Shown here piece by piece: positions 27,940 through 37,208 of a stretch of 64,000 nt of DNA. Under the pieces are notes generated by a model, which was not told the DNA's origin, made no database searches, and saw only the letters and a list, made by a program, of their open reading frames with translations. Made by a program: the position numbers and the translations under genes. Location: positions 16,661 through 80,660 of the forward strand of contig JAIBBJ010000199.1 in assembly GCA_019694735.1 (NCBI GenBank). Reading direction: 5' to 3'. The stretch's first letter is position 1, and every line of letters begins with the position of its first letter. Origin of the DNA: Gemmatimonadaceae bacterium (GTDB lineage: Bacteria > Gemmatimonadota > Gemmatimonadetes > Gemmatimonadales > Gemmatimonadaceae).

Positions 27940-29604
27940 ATGCGTTCCACCCGTGCCTTGCTGCTCCCGGCCGCGCTCCTCGGCGTCGCCGCGTGCGCCC
28001 CCGACTCGCTTCCGACGCTGGAACCGGCGTCGGCCTCCGCACTCTCCCGTCGCGCCGACGAGCGCACGCCCGCGACCATCGAGCTCGAGAAGATCGGCAC
28101 GTGGGTCGGCGGGGGCGCGCAGGCGAGTGAGATCACGGCCTACGACGATGTGAGCCGCCGGATGTTCGTCGTCAACGGCGCGCTCGGCACGGTGGATGTC
28201 GTGGATGTGCAGGTGCCGTCCGCGCCGGTGCGCGTGGGGCAGCTGCAGTTCGCCGGCAGCGCCAACAGCGTCAGCGCGTACCGGGGCGTCGTCGCGATCG
28301 CGGTCGAGAATGCCTCGAAGACGGCAGCGGGCACCGTGGAGTTCTACCGCACCACTACGCTCGAGCCCTTGGCCAGCGTCGGCGTCGGCGCGCTGCCCGA
28401 CATGGTGACCTTCTCGCCGGACGGACGGTACGTCGTCGTCGCGAACGAAGGGGAGCCGAGCCCCGACTACACGGACGACCCCGAGGGGTCGGTGAGCATC
28501 ATCGAACTGCGCGGCCTCGTGCACTGCGACGACGAGGACGAGGCGGAGCACCGCTTCCATGATGGCGATGATGACGATGGGCGCCGCCCGGCGCCGCGGG
28601 TCCGGCACGTCCGCTTCACCGCGTACAACGGTCGCGAGACGGCGTTGCGGGCACAGGGGATCCGCATCTACGGCCCCAACGCGACCGCCGCCCAGGATCT
28701 CGAGCCCGAGTACGTCGCCATCGACGGGGACTCGCGCACGGCGTGGGTCACGCTCCAGGAGAACAACGCGCTCGCGATCATCGACCTCCGGTCGGCGACC
28801 ATCCGCGAGCTGGTGCCGCTGGGCTACAAGGACCACCGCCTCGCCGGGAACGGCCTCGATGCGAGCGATCGCGACAACGCGGTCAACATCCGGAACTGGC
28901 CGGTGTTCGGCATGTACCAGCCGGATGGCATCGCGGCCTTCAGCGTCGGGCGCCAGACGTACCTCATCACGGCGAACGAGGGCGATGCGCGGGACTATCC
29001 CGGCTTCGCCGAGGAGTCGCGGGTCAGCGCCCTCGCGCTCGACCCGGCGGTGTTCGGCGACGCGGTCTGCGGCGGCCCGTGCAAGGACAACGCCCGCCTC
29101 GGGCGTCTGACCGTCACCCGGACGCTCGGACAGGACCCGGCGTCCGGCCTGTACCGCGAACTCTACGTCCTCGGCGGCCGCTCGTTCAGCATCCTCAGCG
29201 CCTCCGGCGCGCGACTCTGGGACTCGGGCGACCAGCTCGAGCAGCGGACGGCAGCGCTCCCGAACGTCGCCTTCAACGCGAGCAACACCGGCAATGCGTT
29301 CGACGATCGCAGCGACAACAAGGGTCCGGAGCCGGAAGGCGTCGCCGTGGGCCGGATCGGACGCAAGACCTTCGCCTTCATCGGGCTCGAGCGCGTCGGC
29401 GGCGTGATGGTGTACGATGTCTCCGTCCCCACCGTGCCGGTGTTCGCCACCTACGTGAATACGCGCGCGGGGGCGGCGGGTGACCTGGGCCCCGAGGGCC
29501 TGCAGTTCGTCCCGGCGGAGCGCTCGCCGATCAAGGCGCCGCTCCTCTTCGTCGGCAACGAGATCAGCGGCACGACCGCCATCTTCGAGATCAAGCTTCG
29601 GTAG
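27940..29604 (+). CDS. Choice-of-anchor I family beta-propeller lipoprotein (alkaline-phosphatase-associated domain)
   Basis: Lipobox LGVAAC; SEITAYD; VGALPDMVTFSPDG; ANEGEPS; DLEPEYVA; LQENNALA; GMYQPDGIA; ANEGDARDY; RSDNKGPEPEG; GLERVGG. Confidence 0.85.
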   Translation: MRSTRALLLPAALLGVAACAPDSLPTLEPASASALSRRADERTPATIELEKIGTWVGGGAQASEITAYDDVSRRMFVVNGALGTVDVVDVQVPSAPVRVGQLQFAGSANSVSAYRGVVAIAVENASKTAAGTVEFYRTTTLEPLASVGVGALPDMVTFSPDGRYVVVANEGEPSPDYTDDPEGSVSIIELRGLVHCDDEDEAEHRFHDGDDDDGRRPAPRVRHVRFTAYNGRETALRAQGIRIYGPNATAAQDLEPEYVAIDGDSRTAWVTLQENNALAIIDLRSATIRELVPLGYKDHRLAGNGLDASDRDNAVNIRNWPVFGMYQPDGIAAFSVGRQTYLITANEGDARDYPGFAEESRVSALALDPAVFGDAVCGGPCKDNARLGRLTVTRTLGQDPASGLYRELYVLGGRSFSILSASGARLWDSGDQLEQRTAALPNVAFNASNTGNAFDDRSDNKGPEPEGVAVGRIGRKTFAFIGLERVGGVMVYDVSVPTVPVFATYVNTRAGAAGDLGPEGLQFVPAERSPIKAPLLFVGNEISGTTAIFEIKLR

Positions 29605-29620
29605 GGGCCCGGCTCGACGC

Positions 29621-29657
29621 GCGAGGGGCGCCGCGGCCACGCCGCGGCGCCCCTCGC
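29621..29657. terminator. Perfect 17-bp-stem hairpin between convergent genes
   Basis: GCGAGGGGCGCCGCGGC-CAC-GCCGCGGCGCCCCTCGC. Confidence 0.55.
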
Positions 29658-29720
29658 CGTTCGTCCGGTCCGGAGGCGACCGGTGCGCCGGCGCCCGACC
29701 GCCGCATCAGCGGACGGGGG

Positions 29721-31031
29721 TCACCGCGCGCCGGCCGGCACCTGCTTCCAGAACGCGATGCCGCTCGCCTGCTGGCCGATCGCGACGCTGCCGACCTTCT
29801 GCCGCGCGACGATGTCGAACACGTCCACGCGGCCCGGGGCCGCGCCGACGCCCTCGCTGGTGACGAACGCGTAGCGCGAGTCGGTGGAGACGGCGACGCC
29901 GTGCGCGAGCGTGTTCGTGGTCGGGATCTGCGCGACGCTCTGGCCGGTCGCGAGATCGTAGATCTCGAACTTCGCCCCCTGCTTCAGCGTGGCGACGAGA
30001 TACTTCCCGTCGGGCGTCACCGCGAGGTTGTAGACGCCGCGGCCGGTCTTGATGTGCCGGACCACCGTCCACGAGTCGCGCGAGATCTCGACGATGTCGT
30101 CCGCCTTGTTGCAGGCGACGAAGATGCTGGCGCCGGTGACCGACGGCTGCGCCCACGTCGGGGAGCAGGTCTGCGGGGTCATCTCGTGCTTGTGTCCGCC
30201 CATGGCGAGGTAGCCGACCTGCGCCGGGTCGGCCGTGGCGCCGTTCGACGCCTTCTTCGTGCCCTCGACCCACATCTCGACCATCGGGTCGTCGGCGGCG
30301 AGCGGCCCCTCGCGGCCGACCGCGACCGAGAACCGGCGGCTCACCTTCATCGCGCGGAGGTCGATCTCGACCAATTGGTCGTCCATCATGCAGCCCGAGT
30401 ACTGCAGCCGTCCGTCGGGCGAGACCCGGCTGCCGTGCGGCATCGTGCAGGTGACGATGCGTGCGACCTCCTCCAGCGTCGGCGTGTAGACGACCGACTG
30501 CGACGACGGCACCATGTCGCCGTGCAGGTTGAAGTTCGCCGAGATCGCGTACAGTCCGTCGGGCGTCACGTCGATCGACGCCGGGAACGCGCCGAGCAGG
30601 GTCCCCGGCCCGGCGAGCGTGTCGGGGCCGAGCACGTACTGCCAGTACTTGCCGTCCGGGAATCCGTGACCGGTCGTCATGTGCAGGCGCTTGCCGTCGG
30701 CCGAGATCTGCAGCCCGTGCGGCCCTTCCATCTCCGCCTGGAGTTCGCCGATGATGATCTCGCGCTCGACCGTCGCGCCGTCCGGCCCGAACCGCACGCG
30801 GTAGATCTTGTCCGCACTCTCCGCGCCGGCGTACACGTAGTACGTCGCGGCCGGCTGCGCCGGCGCGGTGGTCGCCGGTGGTGCGGCCGCGGACCCTGCC
30901 GCGCGGGCGGGCGGGCCGCCCTGGGCGCCGAGGTGCGGTGCGAGCGCCGTGAGCAACCCGAGCGCGGCGGCCGTGCCGGCCGCCCGGGACAGACCGGATG
31001 CGTGGTTGCGGCCGTGGTCGGCGTGGTGCAT
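29721..31031 (-). CDS. Exported YncE/YVTN-type beta-propeller protein
   Basis: Signal-like segment; repeated GPHGLQISADG, ASIDVTPDG, MPHGSRVSPDG, YNLAVTPDG, AHGVAVSTD blades; ATG 31031 has an SD-like AAGGG (alternative ATG 31061). Confidence 0.8.
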   Translation of the reverse strand: MHHADHGRNHASGLSRAAGTAAALGLLTALAPHLGAQGGPPARAAGSAAAPPATTAPAQPAATYYVYAGAESADKIYRVRFGPDGATVEREIIIGELQAEMEGPHGLQISADGKRLHMTTGHGFPDGKYWQYVLGPDTLAGPGTLLGAFPASIDVTPDGLYAISANFNLHGDMVPSSQSVVYTPTLEEVARIVTCTMPHGSRVSPDGRLQYSGCMMDDQLVEIDLRAMKVSRRFSVAVGREGPLAADDPMVEMWVEGTKKASNGATADPAQVGYLAMGGHKHEMTPQTCSPTWAQPSVTGASIFVACNKADDIVEISRDSWTVVRHIKTGRGVYNLAVTPDGKYLVATLKQGAKFEIYDLATGQSVAQIPTTNTLAHGVAVSTDSRYAFVTSEGVGAAPGRVDVFDIVARQKVGSVAIGQQASGIAFWKQVPAGAR

Positions 31032-31079
31032 TGTCTCACCCTTGCGGTGTCGGTCAACCATCCTGAGGAGCCCCCTGCC

Positions 31080-33179
31080 ATGCGGATGTTAGCACGCAAT
31101 CGTCGATTCGTCACGCAGACCCTCGGCGCGGCGTTGACGCTCGCCGCCGCGGCCGGCCTCGCCGCCGCCCAGCAGGCGGGGGCCGCGCCGGCGGATCGTC
31201 CCGCGATGCGCAACGCCCCGGCGGAAGCCATCCCCGCCGCGCGGCTGGTCGCGGAACCGGCCTCGCTGGCACTCCGGGCGGGCCAGACGGTCCCCTTCCG
31301 CGTGCGCGCCTTCGACGCCAACGGACGCGAGATCGCCAATCCGTTCGTGCAGGTGCGGGCCAGCAATCGCGGCGTGCGCTTCGCCGACACCACCGTGACC
31401 GCCACCGCGGCCGGGCGCTACGAGGCGACGGCGATGGCCCTGGGCGCGAACGGTGCGCCGATCTCGATCACCATCCCGATCACCGTGACGTGGCCCGCGC
31501 TCACCCGGCTCGAGATCGCGGGCACCGCCGGGCCGCTCTATGCGGGGCTCACGCAGGCCCAGAAGCTCAACGGGTGGCATGCGGACGGGTCGGAGCGGAC
31601 CGGCCTCACCGCCAGCTGGCGCTCGAGCGATCCCCGGGTGGCGACGGTGAACCGCTTCGGCGACGTCACCGCACTCGCGGCGGGCACCGTCACCGTCACC
31701 GCCGAGGCCGAGGGCGTCAAGGCGACGCGCACCTACACGATCGGCACCAATCCGGTCGCGAGGATCGAGATCGGCATCGCCGAATCGCAGATCCGCACCG
31801 GCGACGTGCTCCACCTGAAGGCGACGGCGCGCCGCGCCAACGGCCAGGTCGTCGCCGACGCGCCGATCACCTGGAGCTACACGTACGTGCCGGACGACTC
31901 GATCGCCCCGGCCGGCCTTCCCGGCGGGGCGGGCATCGTGCAGTTCGACCGCTTCGCGGCGAACTATCCGGGCCGGTACACGCTGCTCGCGCAGTCCGGC
32001 GGCGCGTACGCGCAGTGGGCGGTGCAGGTCAATCCGCGTGATGTCCGCCAGCGCATCCAGGTGACCGGCCGCGGCAACATCAATGCCACACACACCTCGG
32101 ACCTGTGGCCGTGGACCGGCAAGAACGGCCGCGACTACGTGCTCGTCGGCACCTGGGGCGGCGACGGGTACGCCCTCGTGTTCGACATCACGGACATGGA
32201 CAACATCGTCAAGACCGACTCGGTCCGCGTGGACGCGCGGACGATCAACGACGTGACGGTCTCGCCGGACGGCCGCTACGGCGTGCTCTCGCGCGAGGGC
32301 GCGTCCAACCGGGTCAACGGCGTCGTCATCCTGGACCTCGCCGACCCGGCGCATCCGAAGGTCGCCAGCACGTTCGACCAGGAGCTCACCGGCGGTGTGC
32401 ACAACATGTTCGCCACCAACGACTACCTGTTCGCGATCTCCGGCGGCGCCAAGTACGTCATCATCGACGTGCGCGACATCTACAAGCCGAAGTACGTGAG
32501 CGAGTACCGCCACCCGAACGCCCGCATCCATGACCTCTGGGTGCGCGACGGCATCGCCTACTCGGCGCAGGGCGGCGTGGGCGTCGTCGTGGTGGACGTC
32601 GGCAACGGGCGCTACGGCGGCTCGATCGAGAACCCGAAGCTCATCACGACGTACCGCGTGAACTCGGGCCATGAGATCTTCCCGTACTTCCAGCAGAAGA
32701 CCGGGCGCACCTACCTGTTCATCGGCGACGAGGAGATGAGCCGCCGCGGCCGCACGTGGGAGGGCACGCAGTACTCGCTCGCCGGCCCGGACGGCAAGCC
32801 GCCCCGCAACGGCATCGCGCAGACGTCAGGCGGCTACACCCATATCGTGGACTTCACCGACCCGATGCATCCGATCCCGGTCGGCCGCTACCACCTCGAG
32901 GACTACGGCTCGCACGACATCATCGTCGAGGACGACATCCTCTATCAGGCGTACTACGACGGCGGCGTCCGCGTCGTGGACGTCTCGGGCGAGCTCCTCG
33001 GCAACATCTACGACCAGAACCGCGAGATCGCCGTCTTCAAGCCGTACGACCCGGACGCCTACACCCCCAATGCGCCGTTCGTCATGAACGCGATGCCGTG
33101 GAAGGGCCGCGTCCTGTTCACCGACTTCAACAGCGGCCTCTGGGCCGCGAAGCTGCTGCCCAAGCCCGTCGTGCAATAG
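31080..33179 (+). CDS. Exported Ig-like (Big_2) + LVIVD-repeat beta-propeller protein
   Basis: Signal peptide; WRSSDPRVATVNRFG Big_2 motif; LVIVD-type blades (LVFDITD, VILDLADP, VIIDVRD, VVDVG, VRVVDVS); SD GAGGAG upstream. Confidence 0.8.
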   Translation: MRMLARNRRFVTQTLGAALTLAAAAGLAAAQQAGAAPADRPAMRNAPAEAIPAARLVAEPASLALRAGQTVPFRVRAFDANGREIANPFVQVRASNRGVRFADTTVTATAAGRYEATAMALGANGAPISITIPITVTWPALTRLEIAGTAGPLYAGLTQAQKLNGWHADGSERTGLTASWRSSDPRVATVNRFGDVTALAAGTVTVTAEAEGVKATRTYTIGTNPVARIEIGIAESQIRTGDVLHLKATARRANGQVVADAPITWSYTYVPDDSIAPAGLPGGAGIVQFDRFAANYPGRYTLLAQSGGAYAQWAVQVNPRDVRQRIQVTGRGNINATHTSDLWPWTGKNGRDYVLVGTWGGDGYALVFDITDMDNIVKTDSVRVDARTINDVTVSPDGRYGVLSREGASNRVNGVVILDLADPAHPKVASTFDQELTGGVHNMFATNDYLFAISGGAKYVIIDVRDIYKPKYVSEYRHPNARIHDLWVRDGIAYSAQGGVGVVVVDVGNGRYGGSIENPKLITTYRVNSGHEIFPYFQQKTGRTYLFIGDEEMSRRGRTWEGTQYSLAGPDGKPPRNGIAQTSGGYTHIVDFTDPMHPIPVGRYHLEDYGSHDIIVEDDILYQAYYDGGVRVVDVSGELLGNIYDQNREIAVFKPYDPDAYTPNAPFVMNAMPWKGRVLFTDFNSGLWAAKLLPKPVVQ

Positions 33180-33201
33180 GCAGCGTTCGACACGAAGTGG
33201 A

Positions 33202-33236
33202 ACGCGGGCGCCCGGCCACCGGCCGGGCGCCCGCGT
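33202..33236 (+). terminator. Perfect 16-bp-stem hairpin after the LVIVD gene
   Basis: ACGCGGGCGCCCGGCC-ACC-GGCCGGGCGCCCGCGT, 22 bp after the stop; no U tract. Confidence 0.5.
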
Positions 33237-33274
33237 CGCTTACCCATGCGGGCGGGCCCGCGTACCTTCCGGTC

Positions 33275-34429
33275 ATGCGTCGGCCGCTCCGTCCGTCGCC
33301 GCCCCCCCGGTGCGTGCGCGTCCTGCTGGCGGTGCTCGCCGCCGCCGGGTGCGCGCGCGAGCCGCAGGGACCGCCGGCGATCGGCTTCACCTACGCCTTC
33401 CAGGACACGCTGTTCCGCGCCTTCCTCGAGCGGGAGATCGAGCGGGAGCGGCCCGAGGGCGCGGTGCGCATCGTCGTGCGCGGCGCCGACGACGCCGCCG
33501 TCGGCGCGGGTTCACTCGGCGCGGAGGTCCGGTGGGCGACCCGGCTGGCGGCCGACCCGCGCGTCATCGTCTCCGTCGGACCCGACGGCAGCCGTGAGGC
33601 GCTGCAGGTCGCGCCGATCTACCGCGGCGCCGGGGTGCCCGATCTCGTGCCCACCGGCACGAGCCGCCTCCTCGCCGACGCCGGCCCCCAGACCATCGCG
33701 CTGCCGCCGAACGACTCGGTGCAGGCCGAGGTGTTCGCGGCGTTCGCGGACACCGCGCTGCGGGCGCAACGCGTGCGGGTGCTCCACATCCCGGATGAGT
33801 ACGGCGTCGGGCTCGCGCGGTTCGCCGAGGCCGCGCTCCGGCGGCGCGGCATCGCCGTCGGCGCACGCGTCACGGTGCGCCAGGGCGCCGATTGCCGCGT
33901 CGCGGCCGACTCCACCGCGTTCGCGCTCGCCGTCGAGGAGGCCGCGCGCGACGCTGCACCCGACGTCGTCCTCATCGCCACGCGCACCCGCGAAGGGGCC
34001 TGTCTCACCGCGGCGCTGAAGCGGCGGCTGCCGACGGTGCGCATCGTGCTCGGCGACGGCGTGGACGTGAGCGAGGAGTTCCGCACCCGGGCCGCCGCGG
34101 CGGCGGTGGGCGTGCACGCGATGCTCTTCTGGCATGCGAGCGTCGGCCGCCGCGACGCCGCCGACCTCGCGGCCCGGTTCGAGCGCGAGGTCGGCCGGCC
34201 GATGCGCAGCGGCGAGGCGATGTACCTCGACGGCGCCCGGCTCGCTGCCACCGCCATCCGTACCGTGGGCGCCGACCGCGCGGCCGTGCTCGCGTGGCTG
34301 CAGGGCGTGGGCACGCGCACGCCGCCCTACGTCGGGATCACCGGCGAGTTCTCGTTCGCCCCCGGCGCCAGGCGGCCGATCTACATCGGCCGCTTCGACG
34401 GACGCGACTTCACCATCGTCGCCCGATGA
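33275..34429 (+). CDS. LivK-like (branched-chain amino acid type) substrate-binding lipoprotein
   Basis: Lipobox LAAAGC; VGPDGSREAL; PNDSVQA; DEYGVGLARF; DVVLIA; YLDGARL; YVGITGEFSF. Confidence 0.75.
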   Translation: MRRPLRPSPPPRCVRVLLAVLAAAGCAREPQGPPAIGFTYAFQDTLFRAFLEREIERERPEGAVRIVVRGADDAAVGAGSLGAEVRWATRLAADPRVIVSVGPDGSREALQVAPIYRGAGVPDLVPTGTSRLLADAGPQTIALPPNDSVQAEVFAAFADTALRAQRVRVLHIPDEYGVGLARFAEAALRRRGIAVGARVTVRQGADCRVAADSTAFALAVEEAARDAAPDVVLIATRTREGACLTAALKRRLPTVRIVLGDGVDVSEEFRTRAAAAAVGVHAMLFWHASVGRRDAADLAARFEREVGRPMRSGEAMYLDGARLAATAIRTVGADRAAVLAWLQGVGTRTPPYVGITGEFSFAPGARRPIYIGRFDGRDFTIVAR

Positions 34430-37197
34430 GCGCCATCGGTCGCCCGGCGACGCTCCGCGCCCGGCTGATCCTCCTCGGGGCGCTGTCCATCCTGTACGTG
34501 ATCGTGGTCACGGTGCAGCTGGGCAGCGTGCTCGTACCGGCGGCGACCGCGATGGAGGGGCGCGCCCGCGACCAGCTCTCCGAGCACGACCGCATCGCCG
34601 GTGACCTCAAGCGGATGACCGAGGCCCGGCGCGAGGTCGCGCGCTGGGTGCCGCCGATCCGGGATACCGTCGGTCGCGAGTCGCTCGCGGCGATCCGGAC
34701 GGAGATGGACCGGCTGCTCGCCGAGGGCGTGGCGATGCGGGGCGCGCTCGAGCGCGCCGACGTGCCGCTGGAGATGCGGGTGCTCCTCGCCGAGGCGCTC
34801 GAGCAGGAGACGGCGCTCGGCGTCCACGTCGTCGAGGCGATCCGCGCGGTGCAGCTCGGGCGTCCCGCGGACGGCGTCGAGCCGCTCCGCGCCAGCGGTC
34901 TCCGGTCCGACTCGAGCGCCCGGCTCCTCTCGCTCGCGCAGCGCCGCGCCCTGGCCATCGCCGTGGACGAGCAGGGCACCCTCCTGCGCGACCTCGAACG
35001 GCTCGAGCGCTGGGCGAGCCTCTGGGTGGTCGTCGGCCTCGTCCTGTTCGCGTGGGGCGTCTGGATGCTCCGCGACCAGCTCCTGCGCCCGCTCGCCGCG
35101 ATCGAGGGGGCGGTGCGCCGCATCCGTGACGGCGACCTCGACACGGTGCTCGCCGTCCCGCGCGCCGACGAGCTGGGCCGCCTCGCCGACCTCGTGAACG
35201 ACATGCGTGCCATGCTGCGCGCCCGCGCCGAGGACGAGACCGCCCGCCGCGAGGGACTCACCGAGCGCTTCGGGCGCATCCTCGACGAATCGTCCAACGA
35301 GATCGGCATCTTCGACGCCCGGTCGCTCCGGGCCCTCCAGCTCAACCGGGGGGCGCGCGCGCACCTCGGCTACGCCCCCGAGGAGGTCGCGGCGCTGTCG
35401 CTTCCGCAACTGCTCCGGGCGATCGACGTCGGCGTGCTGCACGAACTCGTCGCCCGACTCCGGACGGGGCAGCAGGAGCGGCTCATCCTCACCACCCGCC
35501 AGACGCGGAAGGACGGGAGCGACTATCCGGTCGAGCTGACGGTGCGCCTCTCGCGCGACCGCGACGCCGAACTGCTCATCATCGTCGGCGAGGATGCCGG
35601 GGCGCGCGAGCGGGTGCGTGAGCTCGACCGGGCGCTCCGTGAGCACAGCTACCGCGAGCAGCAGCGCCTCGAGCGCGAGCCGGTGGGGGCGACCCTCGCG
35701 TCGATCGCGTCCATGGCCGCGCAGGCGCTCCAGGTCCCGCAGGTCGGCATCTGGCGCGAGAAGGGCGGCGCGCACCATTGCATCGGGACCAGCGGGCCGC
35801 CGGGGCCCGAGCTCGCCGCGCGCGCGCTCCCCGACGCCCCGTGGCACCTCACCGTGACCGTCCCGGCCACCGCCCGCGGCGACCTCCTGCTCGTGGCCGA
35901 GGCGCCCGCGCCGGACCGCGTGTGGAGCGCCGAGGAGCGCACGTTCCTCCGGGCGGTGGGGGCGCTCGCGGCCCGTGCGGTGGACGCCGACGAGCGGCGC
36001 GCGCTCGAGCAGGCCCTCGCCCGAGCCCAGCGGATGGACTCGATCGGGCAGCTCGCCGGCGGCATCGCGCACGACTTCAACAACATCCTCACCGCCATCC
36101 TCGGCAACCTGGAGATCGCGCGGAGCGGGCTCGATCCCAACGACGGCCGGGCCGGCGCGATCGCCGACGCGGAGGAGGCGGCGCGCCGCGCCGCGGATCT
36201 GACGCGGCAGCTGCTCACCTTCGCGCGGCACCAGCGGGTGGAGCAGCGGGTGATCGACCTGAATGCACTGACCCGCGACGCCGACCGCATGCTGCGCCGG
36301 CTCGTGGGGCCGGAGGTCGAGATCGACACCCGGCTCGACCCGGCGCTGCGCGCGGTGCGGGCCGCGCCCGGCCAGATCGAGCAGGTGCTGCTGAACCTCG
36401 TGGTGAATGCACGGGACGCCACCCCGCGCGGCGGCCGCATCAGCATCGCCACCCGCAACCGACTCGTCGCCGGAACGCCGGGGGACGGGGCGGGGGACGT
36501 GCCGCCGGGCGACTACGTCGAGCTCAGCGTTCGGGACACCGGCAGCGGCATGCCCGCCGACGTGCTCGAGCGCGTGTTCGAGCCCTTCTTCACCACCAAG
36601 GAGCCCGGCGCGGGCACCGGACTCGGACTCGCCGTCTGCTACGGGATCGTCCGCCAGGCCGGCGGCGACATCGTCGTGCAGAGTGCGCCCGGCGAGGGCA
36701 CGGTGTTCCGCGTACTGCTCCCGGCCGTGGATGCGCCGGTGGAGCCGCTCGATCGTGCCCCGGCGCCCGGCCAGGCGCGCGGCAGCGAGACCATCCTGGT
36801 GGCCGAGGACGAGCCCGCGATCCGCACGCTCGTCGCCCGGGCCCTGGGGGCGCGCGGATACCGGGTGCTGCACGCGGCGGACGGCCAGCAGGCGCTCGAT
36901 GTCGCCGCCGGTCTCGCCGAGGCGCCGCACCTCCTGCTCACCGATGTGGTGATGCCGCGGCTGGGCGGCCCCGAGCTCGCCGTCGCCCTCCGGCACCGCT
37001 GGCCCACGCTGCCGGTGCTGCTGATGTCCGGCTACACGGCCGATGCGCTGCGCGAGGGGCGCGAGGTGCCGGAGAGCGCCTTCCTGGCGAAGCCGTTCAC
37101 CGCGGACCAGCTGAGCCTGCGCGTGCGCGAGGTGCTCGACGGGCGCTACCGCCGGGAGACCCCCAGGCCCGGGGCCACGCGCGCGATCCCGGGCTAG
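34426..37197 (+). CDS. Hybrid sensor histidine kinase (2 TM, HAMP, PAS, GAF-like, HisKA, HATPase, REC)
   Basis: HAMP (RADELGRLADLVNDM); PAS (RKDGSDYPVEL); IGQLAGGIAHDFNNIL; QVLLNLVVNARDA; FEPFFTTK; REC ILVAEDE..TDVVMP..MSGY..LAKPF; ATGA overlap with the SBP gene. Confidence 0.9.
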   Translation: MSAIGRPATLRARLILLGALSILYVIVVTVQLGSVLVPAATAMEGRARDQLSEHDRIAGDLKRMTEARREVARWVPPIRDTVGRESLAAIRTEMDRLLAEGVAMRGALERADVPLEMRVLLAEALEQETALGVHVVEAIRAVQLGRPADGVEPLRASGLRSDSSARLLSLAQRRALAIAVDEQGTLLRDLERLERWASLWVVVGLVLFAWGVWMLRDQLLRPLAAIEGAVRRIRDGDLDTVLAVPRADELGRLADLVNDMRAMLRARAEDETARREGLTERFGRILDESSNEIGIFDARSLRALQLNRGARAHLGYAPEEVAALSLPQLLRAIDVGVLHELVARLRTGQQERLILTTRQTRKDGSDYPVELTVRLSRDRDAELLIIVGEDAGARERVRELDRALREHSYREQQRLEREPVGATLASIASMAAQALQVPQVGIWREKGGAHHCIGTSGPPGPELAARALPDAPWHLTVTVPATARGDLLLVAEAPAPDRVWSAEERTFLRAVGALAARAVDADERRALEQALARAQRMDSIGQLAGGIAHDFNNILTAILGNLEIARSGLDPNDGRAGAIADAEEAARRAADLTRQLLTFARHQRVEQRVIDLNALTRDADRMLRRLVGPEVEIDTRLDPALRAVRAAPGQIEQVLLNLVVNARDATPRGGRISIATRNRLVAGTPGDGAGDVPPGDYVELSVRDTGSGMPADVLERVFEPFFTTKEPGAGTGLGLAVCYGIVRQAGGDIVVQSAPGEGTVFRVLLPAVDAPVEPLDRAPAPGQARGSETILVAEDEPAIRTLVARALGARGYRVLHAADGQQALDVAAGLAEAPHLLLTDVVMPRLGGPELAVALRHRWPTLPVLLMSGYTADALREGREVPESAFLAKPFTADQLSLRVREVLDGRYRRETPRPGATRAIPG

Positions 37198-37208
37198 ATT
37201 GCCCTCCC

